A DNA stretch of 64,000 nt. Origin: Xylographa opegraphella. Lineage: Eukaryota. Positions 1 to 13,600 of this stretch are shown here, piece after piece. How positions within the stretch are numbered: the stretch's first letter is position 1; each line of letters begins with the position of its first letter. The position numbers were made by a program, and so were the translations under genes. The notes under the pieces were generated by a model. That model saw only the letters and a list, made by a program, of their open reading frames with translations, did not search any database and had not been told where the DNA came from. The stretch is from assembly GCA_022813865.1 (NCBI GenBank), contig JALDZX010000005.1:62001-126000 (forward strand). Reading direction: 5' to 3'.

Positions 1-2140
1 TCCGTGGCCATGATACAGAAACCGTTTTGGGCATGTTCGACGGTCAGGCTTTGTCAAGCGGCGGATCAAAAGTAGCCAAATATCTACACGAGAACTTCAG
101 CTTTCATTTCACAGAAGAGCTCGAGAAGCTCAAAATTCCTCAGGAAACCCCGGGAGACGCATTAAGAAGGACGTTCCTAGCGCTCAACAAAGATTTAGCC
201 ACAGCAGCAAGCCAATCATTAGACGAAAAGGAACACCGTGTTCCACAAATAGCCCATCGTGGTTCCATGACAGCCCAAACTCTCAGCGCTGACGATCTGA
301 ACTCAGGAGGCGTTGCTACCGTACTTTTTCTAGATAATATGGATCTGTACGTTGCGAATGTCGGTGACGCGCAAGCTATGCTCATGCAGTCCGATGGCGG
401 CTTCAAAATCCTTACGCGCAAGCATCACCCTGCAGAGCCTAAAGAACGCGAGCGTATTCGCGAAGCAGGCGGCTATGTCTCACGACACGGTAAGCTCAAT
501 GATGTTCTTGAGGTGTCGCGTGCCTTTGGCTATATCCAGTTGATGCCAGCGGTGATGGCCGCTCCCTACGTGCTACATACGGTCTTGAAGGAACAGGACG
601 AGATGATCCTTGTCGCGTCAAGAGAGCTTTGGGACTACGTAACACCTGACGTTGTGGTCGATGTCGCACGATCAGAGAGGGGCGATCTTATGCGGGCGGC
701 CCAGAAACTACGTGATCTGGCAATGGCGTTCGGTGCAACAGGGAAGATTATGGTCATGATGATTGGTGTCAGCGACCTCAAGAAACGAGAGCGCAACCGC
801 TATAGGGGACAATCCCTATCGATGGGACCATCTCAGATGCAGGATGATCAGATGTTCCCTACCAAGCGTGTCAAAAGAGCTCGCGATGCTCCAGACGATT
901 CAACGTTAGCACGGCTGGACCAAGAAGTGGAGGCGCCAACCGGCGAACTAAGTCTAATTTTTACAGACATCAAGAGCTCGACAAAGTTGTGGGAATCATA
1001 TCCCGTAGCAATGAGATCTGCTATTAAGATTCATAACGATGTCATGCGGAGACAACTTCGGATAATTGGCGGCTACGAAGTGAAAACAGAAGGCGATGCA
1101 TTCATGGTTGCTTTTCCCACAGTAACCTCTGCACTTCTGTGGTGCTTCTCTATACAGAGTCACTTGCTGAATGCCCCATGGCCGAGGGAAATCCTCGAGA
1201 GCTTTGAAGGGCAAGAAGTTTTTGACGCCGATCAAAATGTCATCTATAGGGGACTGTCGGTGCGTGTTGGTGCACATTGGGGCAGCCCTGTGTGCGAGAC
1301 AGATCCCGTAACCCGGCGTATGGATTACTTCGGCCCGATGGTCAATCGTGCCTCGCGAATCTCCGCCATTGCAGATGGTGGCCAGATCACGGTCTCAGCT
1401 GACTTCATCGCCGAGATCAGAAGGACACTGGAAACATATACAGAGTCTGAGCGATCAGGCTCTGTCGGCTCCGAAGACGCTCTGGGTGACGATGCTCTGG
1501 GTCAATCCATCCGACGTGATCTGCGGGCTCTCAGCATGCAGGGCTTTGAGGTCAAAGATCTGGGTGAAAGAAAGCTGAAGGGCTTAGAGAATCCCGAATA
1601 CCTATACCTGATGTATCCCCATTCGCTTGCTGGACGCTTGGTCGTGCAGCAGCAAATGGCTGACGCTGAAGCTGCATCTGCATCGAATCAACCAGGCAGT
1701 GCTGCTCGTGATAGCCAGCTGACGATTGATACACAGACAGTCTGGGACCTATGGAATGTCAGTCTGAGGCTGGAAATGTTGTGTAGTGCACTCGAGTGTC
1801 CTGGCCTGACCAACCTGAAGCCGCCGGAGACGGCATTGCTCGAGCGAATGAAGAACAGGGGAGGAGAGGTAACTGACAAGTTTCTCGTGCAATTTGTGGA
1901 GCATCAAGTTTCGAGAATCGAGGTAAGACGTTCGAGACGATTTTGGAAACGTGCACTGAAGCGGAACAGACTTGCATCACTACACTTACCATTCGTAACA
2001 TGGTTCGCCCTTTCATGGCTGGCCAGAGCCTATTGATTCAAGCGGTCCCGATGGGCGACATCCTTACTGAGCTGGCGCAGCAGATTGCAGAATTGAAGGC
2101 TTACAAGGAGTCAGAGGAACTCGAAATGGGACCGGCTTGA
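1..2140 (+). CDS. cyr1: Adenylate cyclase, 3' portion (PP2C-like domain + class III cyclase domain); gene begins upstream of the window
   Basis: ORF 27..2036 has PP2C motifs (VANVGDA, VSRAFG) and cyclase motifs (FTDIKSST, VKTEGDAFM, DYFGPMVNRASRI). Intron 1923-1969 (GTAAGA...AACAG) joins in frame to the final exon TCITTLTIRNM...GPA* ending at 2140. Confidence 0.96.
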
Positions 2141-3551
2141 GGTCTACGTTTCTGTCCTTTTTTCCGCTTTCTATTTATTTTTTGTTTTTCGTGAGAGATT
2201 TTGGGGTTCTCCGTTTGTCTATCTGTTTACATTGTATCCCTTAGCTCTTCAGCGCGGCGTTGGTGGGAAGTAAAGGGAGACTTTCTTTTTGGATACTACA
2301 GGGTCAAAACTTGGACGGACTTATTCAGAACACTGTCGCGGATGACACATTTTTTGAATATGGACAGGCAATTCTGCTTGAGGGATGGCATTTTGGAATA
2401 CGGTATTCTTAGCTGGCTGTGCATAGACGTGACGACTGTAACCCAGGATGATGGTGTCTTATCATTATCAACCAGTTTTTTCATGCTTTCAACACCGCTC
2501 CCATGCTCTCATCGAACCCTCTATAGTCAAGAAATCGCATTGAAATATACATAAAACCTAATGACCGCCGCTTAGATGAGCATGCATGTCAATTTTGATC
2601 TTGAACCGGCTTTGGTGAATCAGACGGTCATCAAATGTCCTTCGCTCTACGGTTGTACGTCTATCTGCTTTTCTTCCCCCCCTTTCAAAAAAACGAGTGT
2701 AATTCGAGCACGGCACAGCCTGTAGACAAGTCCTCTTCCTGGCGCATTGGACGGCAAACGGTAAAAGACCTGGAAATGACTACAACCAAAACTGTGGTGA
2801 TGTGATCTTGATTCGTATAATGTTGGCTCTCAGGTGCAGGACCATGAAGCAGAGCTTCTATTTACATGAACTACGCTGGACGTGCGTCACTTCCCATTTT
2901 ACCTCTTTCCTTGACGGTCAGTTACCAACGCCAAGAAGCGGTGGCACCACCGAAAGAAGTTAGACGAGCCACACGGTGGGTCTTTGAAGAAGGTTTAATC
3001 AATACATGCCGTTTGTCTTCAATCCAAGACAATCGTCCACAGTGATCGATGTGCTGTTTCTACGTGTTGAGTCTGTGGTATTGGACTCTGGATGCTGCAC
3101 GGGTGCATGACCACGATGGTTGTGCCACAGGGAGAGATGGATTTAGCTGGCCAGGGTAGACTAGATACATACAACATGGCAGTGAACACGGTTTGGCTTA
3201 ATATGTGACGGGGTTTGATGACCAAGAACTTATTGGACGCCGTATACGCATGCTGCTCTTGGACCATGTCACCAATATTCAGGTTTCGAAAACCGCAGAC
3301 TGCGGAAGTTTTCTTTGCCCTTTAAAACACCTGCTCTCCACCAAGGCCAGCAGATAGGAAATTCACAGTTCTCTCGTGTGCATACATGTAAGCCGGTGCA
3401 GTGTCTGTCAACTAGAGAAGGCCAAATTACTCCAAGAATATGCCACTCCCAGCCCCTTCGCTAGATGCTTCAGATTGCGCTGCACAAAACGCCTGGGGTA
3501 TTCCGGAGAAGGCCGTTTGCCCACCCTACGTAACATGCCTTGACTCATTCC

Positions 3552-6367
3552 TTATGCCAGATAGCGGTATGCTGGCCGCTCGGCATCTTCTACTCGGTCC
3601 AAATACTCGCGCTCAATCAGGCTCTCGATCCGCTTCTTCACCATCGTCACGTCCGGAAGAAAGCGTGAGGTCAGCTGCTGGATGACTTCGGTGATAAGCT
3701 TTTGATGGGTGAGTTCTTTCCGTTGCCTAAGTGGTCTCGTTAGATTCTAGAGTGTCGCGGAGCACAACGATGAAAGTTCTCACTTCATGATCCTTACTAT
3801 CGCTGCTTCAATAATATTACCACGAGTATCGTTGTTTTTCTTCTCAGTCTCTTTTCGTTCATCTTGATCCTCGACTTTGTTTCCACTCGTAACGACACCA
3901 ATTTTGATTTTGGTGAACTGACTGTAGAAGCTCTCGTTGAAGAAAAACTTGTCGCTGGGTTTTACATCCTTACTCATAGGATCTTTGAGTAGCACTCGAG
4001 TCTTCGGAGCCACAGCCAGGGATTGCAGATTCCTTGTCAGCTCATGTATTGGAATGTTGGTCTTTGCCTGAATTTCTTCGCACGTAATAAATTCTCCGGT
4101 CGGTAAGTCATTGAAAAGTAGTAGTATTACCATGGCATAGGTTGAAACGTTGAGCTCGCGAAATTTAACCTTTCCCTTCGACTCGGGGAAGTAAGCACGG
4201 ATATCGGCCGTGCCCATGTTAGCCTGCCATGATAATTGCCTACCACTATGTTTGTCCAAGTAGAACTTCTCGAAACCTTGCTTGATTTTGTCAATCGCTG
4301 GCGGAAAGATACAAGTAGGCCTCGATTCCCCTTCATGGTAAGATTGACCCATAGCCTCAAGCGGCCACATAGTACTCGTAAGAACATTCACGTCAAGCTC
4401 TACCCTTCTCGGGTCCGGATCACCTAGTCTTATGACATGTTGCTTGTAATTCGAGCTGAGGTCCTCCGATACGGCCATATCCTTAAACATGGACTCGATC
4501 TTCTGGGTGAATGAGTTACCGACTTCCATCTTCATCTTAGAAATCATTTGGCGTTCAGCGTCCATACTGACCGAACGCTTCATGAGTAATCGCCGTGATA
4601 GATGCTTTTTGTAGTAACGCTCAAACATATCCTTATCCTGGACATAACGTAAAAGTGTGATTCCTTTCTCGAGCAGCGCATCAACTTCGTTTTCGGTCTT
4701 GCCCTTAATTCCCTTTTTCATGTTCTCGTCGAAAAATAGGGAAAGGTACTCGGAACTCCGGTCAAAATTGTTCACAAAATCGGTGAAGCTCCGCGAAAAC
4801 GCTGTCTGGAGACCCTGATCTGCATTGAAAGAAGTGTCCAGCACATTGTCGTATTTATCCTTTAAGAGAAGTATGTCGTCTACCCATTTGACCGCTGCTG
4901 CAGTCTGCTGATTCAATGGACGCTCGGTAGTCGTTTTGACCTCATTGTCAGGCTGTTCTGCAGAAGGGTTCGGAAGCTTCACCGGCTGGTACTGTGCGCT
5001 GGAATTGGCGGTACTGTTGATCTCAGTTCCTAGTTCCACGATGCGTTTTGACACCGCTGACTTCAGTTCTTCCTTTTTCGGATCGACCTTGGAAATCAAA
5101 TCGTAAATCATCTGAAGTTCTTCGAGGCGATCATTGTCAAGCATGAACTGAACGCCACTACCGGGCAATCCAACGACATCACCGATGAGGTCTTTGATCA
5201 TCTCCTTCTCGATTACTGAAGTAATCTTTGGGAGAGTCAATGGTGAAAGCGTGGAGCGGCATCGATCCGACTCTTCTGCGAGTCTTCTCTTTGTATGTCT
5301 GCAAAAAGTGCCTGCATCCGTGGTTGTAAGCAGAGATTGTCCCTCAGACTTGTAAAACTCTCGGCTTGCTGCAAGAAATTCCGGTTCAAAGCTTGTGAGA
5401 TAAAGCTTCGTATTCTCCTCCTCTTCCTCAGTCTCGTAGAGGCCCTCCAACATATACACGCACGATCGGATTAGAGCCCGGTCAATCAAATCGCCGTCCC
5501 GTTCCATTTGTATCTGGTCGAGAATGACCGTAAAAAGCAGCGTGGCGATCGTCATACCATCGTAAGAGGGAATGGGAGCTCGGAGTACATAGTCTCGGAA
5601 CTGGCCCATGGACGTGGTGAATATTGACGGTTTTCTATTGTCTGCGCAATAGACACGATCCTAGAAATTACACAAATTAGTCATACAACATTCAAGTCAA
5701 GACCCGAACCCTGTAGATTTTACCATGTACATCAGCACATCTGTCGTCATATTCATACCCGTATTGTGGTCTTCCCAGGCATGCTTCAGCGATTTCATCA
5801 ACCTCTCTCCAGCAACTCTCCTCTCGTTCGCATTGGTCGTAACACTTCCGGCCGCATCTCCGGCAAACAGACTTACAGAAAGTACCGCTAGAATCTGAGG
5901 CTGTACCTCATTTAGCAGCCAGTCCCGTTCGAAATTCTTGACTTTCTCGTATAGTGCATCCCCTTTCTTCTTTAGCACTAGCTTGTAGGCATTGCGGTAC
6001 AGCTGCTCAAAGGAGAGGTTTGAGGGGTTTTTTGTGTTGATTTCACGAAGTGAAGAGGCGAGCACAGCCCAGGTACCCTCGAAATCGAGGTCGTCGTTAC
6101 CGGTTAGGCCCTTCGAATTGCGAACCCTCATATTAGCGATGTCCCTATTTGCGGACGATTGGAGGGAAAGGAAAAGTAGGAATGACATGGTCAGCTTTTG
6201 CACTTCCAATGTGAGCACTCAGGGAGCACAGTGAGAAGTAGGTTTAACGGCAGAAACTGATAGGGGGCCTTCTGATGTGCCCCTTGCGGCTTAAATTGTT
6301 ATTATGCAAATTTACTCACTCGTCGTGGTGGGCGTATCTTCCCTCTGCCCCGCCCAACGGATATCAT
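3552..6367 (-). CDS. cul3: Cullin-3 E3 ligase scaffold
   Basis: Exon 1 MISVGRGRGKIRPPRR (6367-6320), then LSFEQLYRNAY, DKDMFERYYKKHLSRRLL and the neddylation motif IEAAIVRIMK. Three GT-AG introns (6319-6111, ~5723-5661, ~3783-3727); stop TAA at 3554-3552. Confidence 0.96.
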
Positions 6368-6707
6368 CTTCACGTAACTTTGTCAAGAGTCCTTCATAGC
6401 TCGTACGCTCAAACAAGAAAGTAATGAATTCGGTTTACAGCAGACAGCCGAAAAGCCGTGCATTGGAGCTCAAGCACTATAAAGTGGGTTGGTGAGAGTT
6501 CGAGACCGCGGAGAAGAAGAAAGTTGATTCTGGGATATTTCTGGAAATTTCATGACTACAAGCTTCCAGTATGTGACCGAAACGAAGAGTGATGTCGGTG
6601 AAATGCGATTTCGATATTCGGGGATCGGTTCATCATATCCCCGCTGCGGCTCTGCGAGGCATAGCGTCATTTTGTGGCAGATCAACTCAAATTGTTGCTG
6701 CTCTGCG

Positions 6708-7362
6708 ATGTCTCTAATTACGATGAAATTGTCTCGTAACTTCACTCTTGGGCTTGCTTTAAGAAACCTTCGAACAGCACGGATCTCACGATCGTATCTG
6801 AGATGGTTTGTTCCATCAGTTGCGACCGCAAAACCCAAGTATTCTAACCTGCTCACATCTACTCCGGCGGCTACAATCCACGGCAAGCTCTTACAGCTCG
6901 AAGGTCCTAGGCGAACCTGCTTGCGGTACAATAGCACCGCTTCCACTCCTCCGGTCCTGTCCACCAAGACATCAACCACAGCCTCGTCTGTAGATTACAC
7001 CGCGTCCTCCGACCCTGAGATTGCCGCATATGAGATCACCTTCACCTGCAAGCCGTGCAAGCACCGATCCGCGCACCGCATCTCGAAGCAAGGCTACCAC
7101 AAAGGTACCGTGCTGATTACGTGCCCGGAGTGCAAAAACAGGCATGTGATCAGCGATCATTTGAAGGTGAAAAAATAGCTAGATCTACCACCCAAATGCT
7201 CGAAATGCGGCTAACCTGGAGTTCTAGATATTTTCGGACAAGTCTATAACCATCGAGGACCTAATGCGAGACAAAGGGGAATACTTGCAAAGAGGTACGC
7301 TCGGAGCAGATGGAGATGTAGAATTCTGGGATGATAAAACAGATACTCATGCAGTCGGTTAA
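6708..7362 (+). CDS. zim17: Mitochondrial DNL zinc-finger Hsp70 escort protein (Zim17/Hep1/Tim15)
   Basis: FTCKPC...[20 protein letters not shown] motif and an Arg/Ser-rich presequence-like N-terminus. Intron 7167-7227, then [13 protein letters not shown]...VG* at 7362. Start at 6708 or 6723. Confidence 0.92.
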
Positions 7363-7648
7363 GGGGGCGACCGACGGTACTGAAGACATGGGAATTTTGA
7401 TAGGGATGGCTAGAACGCCGATGCCAAAGACACTTAGGCTTCGCATCAGATTGTGGTACAGGTGGCGGTTCGATGCCAACAGTTTCTGGCCGCCACGTGA
7501 ATACACAACTCACAGATCAAAAACTTATTATCAACCCGTGTTATCGCAATAATGTGTTGCCTAGTAAGCAAGTTCGCAGTGCCATGCAAGGGTATCATGG
7601 CTCGCTTGTATTTTGTTCGTGGAGCCATAATGCACACACGCATCAGCA

Positions 7649-10600
7649 TTACCATCCTCTTCTTCGTCCCCTTTGCTCCCCACTCTTCTCTTTTCTCTTC
7701 TCCTTCTTCTTTTCACCCTTCCGCTTCTTGTCCCTACCCGCTTTCTCTGGAGCCGCCACTGCCTCTAAGCGGCGCTTCGTCCTTCGCCCTTCCCGTCGTT
7801 CCTTGACGCCTTGCCGCACCTTGCTAAGCTTCGCGACATACTCCGTGGTCCCTAGCCTTTTCTGGAGTAACGACATAATTTCTTGACTCGTTAAGACAAG
7901 CGCTTTGTATGCATAACGGAAATCTTCGTCAGGGGAATACGGTGCCGCAATAGAAGAGTCAGTCAAATTATGAAGAGGTAGAAGAATTGTCTCCGCCACT
8001 TGTCTTAGTATTACCACCGACAAATGACTACAAAGAGCTGTGAACAACTGAAGTACTGCAGTTTTGGGAACCAATGAGGGCGCTCTCGTCGTTAATGGTT
8101 CCCGACGAAGGATGGCGGACAGACGTTCGAGCATGTACTGCAAAGCTGACTTATTAGTCGCTTGTGGCTCAAGATCACTGTCGGAGGCATCATGTTCTTC
8201 ATTTGATTTGCTGTCAGTGCCCAGGTCGTCATGTCCTGTTGCTGATGCCCAGGTCATTGAAGTCATGCCCATGAGTCGACCAAGGAAACCCAGGTTTCGA
8301 ATGCTCTGAGATGCAAGCTGTTCAGTCACCGCGGGTACCCGGAGGATTCCAAGAGAAGCTTTAGAGATCTGGACAATCTCCTCAGTCCCCAGAGACAGAC
8401 CGCCGGAACCCTTCATCGGGACCTTGAGAATCTCCTTATCAAAGTTGGAACGAGCAAAGTCCGAAAAGAGGAGGCCTAGCAGTTTGGCTGCCGCCAACTT
8501 AACCCAGGTATGGGGATAATGAAGACATTGACCGACAGCTTTCCAAAACTGAGCAGTATTTCCTCGTAGTAGAGTCACCGGGGAGGTACTGCCTATATGT
8601 AGAGCAAGATCGAGAGCCGAGTATACGAGCTCCCAGTCCGTATTGACGTTATCTTCAAGGCCATGTTCGACGATTTCAACTACACGAGAATATAGGAAAC
8701 TAAACTCCTTCTCAATCTTCAGTACATGCACCTCAAGGCAAGTCTTGAAAGTCTGAAGCGATAATCTGATCAACAATGGCTGTACGTCTTGAGCTAGCCA
8801 GGTTCGTAGAAGGATCAGAAAATTTGAGATCTTCTCAGTATCTGCTCTTCGAAACAATTCCTTGAGTAAAACGCCAGCCATCTTTCGACAATCGGTGGAT
8901 TCGTCATTAATGGTAACCATCACCAAAGGAACAAAGAAGGTTCCGACAAATTCTTGCACAAGTTCGTCTCCGAACTTGCTAAGAAAGAGGTGAATCGCCT
9001 CCATGACTGACTGACGACCCTCTGGATGTCTGTAATCAAGATTCTTCACAAGAAAGCTAAGTTGCTTGGATAGTCTCTCCTTGCCTTGTGGATAGCTAAC
9101 TATGAACTCGAAGTATACTCTTCGAGCCATATTGCGAGCATCTTGAGTTTGATTTGTTACCATTATTGCAGCCACATTATCAAGAACCTCGTACACTTCT
9201 GCTACAACGATTTTCCGTGCTAACACAGCCTTGAGAAAGTTGAAAGTCACTCCCTGGCGGTCAGGCTCCTCTAAGTCTGGCTTTAGTCGATTAAGTAGAT
9301 AGGCAATGTCCGTTTCTCTGATGTTCACTTTCTGGCGTTCGCGGAGTATAGCAGAGATCAGCTTTAATGCCGCTTGCGCAAGTTCGGTGTTCGTCGAAGC
9401 GGTATTCTTGATCGCTTTTATAGCCTCAGAGACGTAAAGTGCCGCATTATCATCAAAATCCTTCAAAGGAACTTTGATGATGGTAGCAAGCAAACGGAGG
9501 GCCGAGATCTGTACCTCTTCTTGGGCTTGGATAAGACTATCCCCTATCGCAGGCATGAAGCCTGATAGATTTGCTGTGGTTTGTAATGTTTCATATTTGT
9601 GTAGTACCGTGCGGAGCACATCGAGTGAAAAGCGCGCAAGTTTGTAAACATAGGTTGATGCCCCTTTCCCTTTCCAACCACCGCCATTGAAACCCCTTGA
9701 GGTCAATAAATAACGCTTCACCCGGTGATCTTCCTTGTTTGGTCTGTCATTTCCACAACTTTTCACCTTGTGAACATCTTGAAGTATCTCAAAGCAGAAA
9801 ATTAGCGTCTCGCGGCTTTCTACTGCTTCGTTGCGGAGTAAGCCAACAGCGATTCGCCTTAGTAACTCATCAACCTTTTTGACCTTCTTTAGGTCAAGTT
9901 TCTCTGCTAGAAGCGTCTGTAGAGGCTGAATCAGGTGAACTAGGTGAGGAATGGTTGCTGTCTTCGCGATCAATTCCATAGAATCAAAGCTCTTACTACT
10001 TTTAACTTCTTTCATCTTACTGATATATTCTTCAGCGTCCTTTTCCTGGCCGGTCGCTCCAAATATGTCGTCCATGATAATTGCAACGATCTGCGGTAAA
10101 CAGTAATCTAAGTCTCCAGGCTTAAAGATAGGTGCTGTTGCCACGAGCATGGAATGAATCGTGTACGAGAGCACGTGCAATTGATAACCTCTGGCAAGAG
10201 AGCTTCGTAATTCTCTGAGCATAAAGCCGAAGCATATTGGACCTATGAGTGTCGATATCTCTACCAAAGTCTTCCGAGTCATATCTCTGGACTCTTGTGC
10301 TCGGCTTCGCAAAATGTGACATACATCTGTCAAAATAGGAGACAAACGCTCAGCAAGCTGAGGTCCCGGTAGGAGTTTCAGCAACTTCACTACGGAAACG
10401 GCCACACGTACCCGAAGGCTCACCGTTGACTCGTCCTTGTCATGTAGATACGCCACTAGTGGTGGTAGTAAATTTTTGGTAAGATCTTCGGAAAGCTTTT
10501 CTTGTTTTGGCATAGTAACAGAGAGGGTGCATTGTTGAACTTCGGGTGATATCTGACCTGAATCATTGTTTTTCTCCCGTGATTCTTCAGATATGTATTG

Positions 10601-13600
10601 CACAATTGAACCTGCGGCATAATCCATGGCATCAATCAGAACCCCGATCAGCTTGATAGTTGACTTCTCGAGTCCTGATTTACTTTGGATATAGCCGCAA
10701 ACTCTACGAAATAGAGCTCTTAGTTGGGGCCACTCGAGCCCTTTCGCAAGAGCACCAATTGTATTTGTGGCCTCTGCAGCCAAATTGTGAGCGCTTTCAT
10801 CATCAGCTTTGTCGAAGATAAAATGCTCAAGTAAGGGAATGATGAAGTGAGCTATATTCGTGCTTCTGATGTGACCTAGATGGGCCTCACTACCTAAGCG
10901 ACGCAAAGCGCGGAGTCGCCGATGATGCTGGATGTGGAGAACGTTGCTGAAGAAAGAGGCCTCTTCGTCATCATCAACGAGCAAAGGAGTCATGTCAGCA
11001 ACTTCCCACCACTCCTGATTGCATCGAATGAGATGCGCCATGATCGCTAGATACTCCGCACGTACCATTTCAGAACGCTCTGAGGCACCATGTCTGAGAG
11101 CAGGGAGTACGACACGCTTCAACAAATCAGAATGAGATTGTTCGTCACTTATGGACAATGCTTTGTTGCTTTCAATAAATCGACGAAGAGAATATGAAGC
11201 ACTCGATCGTATGGCGAGCTCCTCATTGTCCCTAACATAGTATAGCATGTTGTAAACAATTGGCCTCCACTGCTTGAGCGTAAATTGTGAGAACTGCATT
11301 TCGTTGATTATGTTGAAGGCTTTGAGGCGCTTCTCAAAGTTGGGCTCGTCAATGCTTCCGATTGCAAAAGAATTGAGCTCTGTACATAAGGATGCCACGG
11401 CCTCGAGATCGGTGTCTTGCCTAGATAGAACCTTTAGAACAATCGACAAGGTAATTCTGTTATCCCTATCCTTGAAGTACCCAAATAGGGTAGATACAGT
11501 CCGAAACAAGCGGTCTCGTATTTCCAATTCGGACCTCAGATCAAGTAGAGGTACGAAATGTTGCACTATTTCTAACAAGTTACCCTTAGACTTTGGACTC
11601 ACTCGTTGAGGCGGTTGGTCTAAAAGAAAAATACACACATGCAGAAGACTTGAGACCTGAGCTGTACCTTCAACGATTGGAGCAAGCATCGAGGTCATCT
11701 CTATCGCCGAGTCCAATAAATGTTTGCTAGGGCTCTCTCTCAACAGCAAACCGATTTGCTCAAGCAAATAAGCGATACTCGGTCCAATGATCGGCTTTCG
11801 ATCAGTGCGCTCACGGTCGTGCCTGACCAGCGGTTTCAGGATAGACTCAACGATGAATAGCTTGATCTCATCCTTCGCGTAAGAAATGTTCAGACATTTT
11901 ATGAGTGTATCCAGGAGAGCGGCATTGTGAAAGGTCAAGTGATAAGTACTCTCTGAGTCTGAAGCCCATGCGGCGAAGAGTTGCAGACTCCCAGACACAG
12001 ACTGCGCTGTCTCGACCGGTAGTTTCGAAAGCCGAGGATTGAGCAGACGCGAAAATATAAGAGGCACGCAAATTTCCATTCTTGGGTGAGGGAAAAGCTT
12101 GAACATGAGAGTTATGCATTGTAGACCAACTTGTCGGACCGCCTTCTGCAGCGACGAATAAGGACTTTCCACACCTCTCCTATCTTTGTCTTCCTCCACT
12201 GACAATGATCGACTGGTAGTAGAACGGCTAGGGGAAGAACATAAACAGTACAATACGGCGCTAAGCATGGGTTCCAGAACGCAAACCAAACGACTGCCCA
12301 TTGTATCGAGCATGTCCTTAATCATGGTGACAATTCCTACTTGCTTTCGATCGGGAATTGATATCGTATGCGGCAACTCTATCTTGAAAGTATCACCATC
12401 CGATTCACATGATATGTTTAGATGCTGTAGAGGCCCTAGAGAGATAATCAAGAAGTCCCGAATGTAATTGTCAGAGAGCCTGCAAAGAGTTTCGAGAACT
12501 GCTTTTCTTCGTGTTGCTTGTCCGTTATTGCCACTATTGCGGCCCGATCTTGCAATGATTTTGCCATACAGTAATCTGAGTAAGACAGGCATAAGCTCTG
12601 GACGATGTTCCTTCCGAACACTGCTCTCTTCATCGCTAATCTGCAAAAAGACAGATACCTCTTCCCGGAAGCGAGAATCATCAAGCAAATTCATTAGATT
12701 CACGAGATACGGCTGTATTCCCTCTAGCTTCCACGTAGAAAGGGCTTCAAGGGCAAGTTTCTGCACCTCTGCATCACCGTTTGTCAAAAGATTCAGCAAG
12801 GCATCAAAGACTTCTATCGATCTGAAAAGAACGCGGGGATTTTTGAATGTCCCGAGAAGCTTGAGCATTGCTTTGCAATCTCTTCTGCCTATGTTTCCTT
12901 TTCTCGTTTGGTCAGCGAGCCCTGACGACTCCTCTTCTGATACACTATCCTCTAAAGTAAGAGTAGTCGATATGTCCTCGTTGTGAGCAGCCCATTGTAA
13001 AAAAAGAGGCACTAGCCGTCTGGACCGCTTCTCAGCAATATGAGGAATGGCCGAAAATACCCTTAGTGCTTGAGAAGCAGTGTTGTGCACAGTGGATGAC
13101 ACATGTGTGTGCCGGTCATGAAATCTTGTCTTCAACTTTTCGCCAGCATTCTCCAAGTCTGTTTGTTTAAGTTCTGCCATCTTATCTAAAGTGGACATAT
13201 TTGAGCACTGGAATTCCATCAAATTCTGGCGATTCGATTCGTCAGCACCGGATGATTTCGAACTTTCAGAGCGAGCAGTAACCTCAAGCCACCGGAAAGC
13301 TATATCGGAGATCACTTCCTCTCCAGCACTGTTCTGGCTGATGATTTTCATAACGTCAATCGCTTCATCCCAGAGCTGAGCCAGCTTGAAAGTTAGAAGT
13401 CCAAAGCAGAAGGATGGGACAGCCTTAATAAGCCATGGGTCAGTTGAATTAGATTGATATTGAGCGGACAGCCGTCTGACGTGCATTGATGCTAATCGAG
13501 CCGATTGGAGATCCAGAGGAGTATTCTCGATCGTAAGCATTATTTCTAGGACTTCAGCGTCTTTCCCGTGCCGTTTCTGGTAGATCATGCCAAGGAGACG

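Noticed and set aside
2560..3500. Intergenic stretch between cyr1 and cul3 examined for a hidden gene or ncRNA
   Set aside because: Only short ORFs without motifs; no RNA gene hallmarks.
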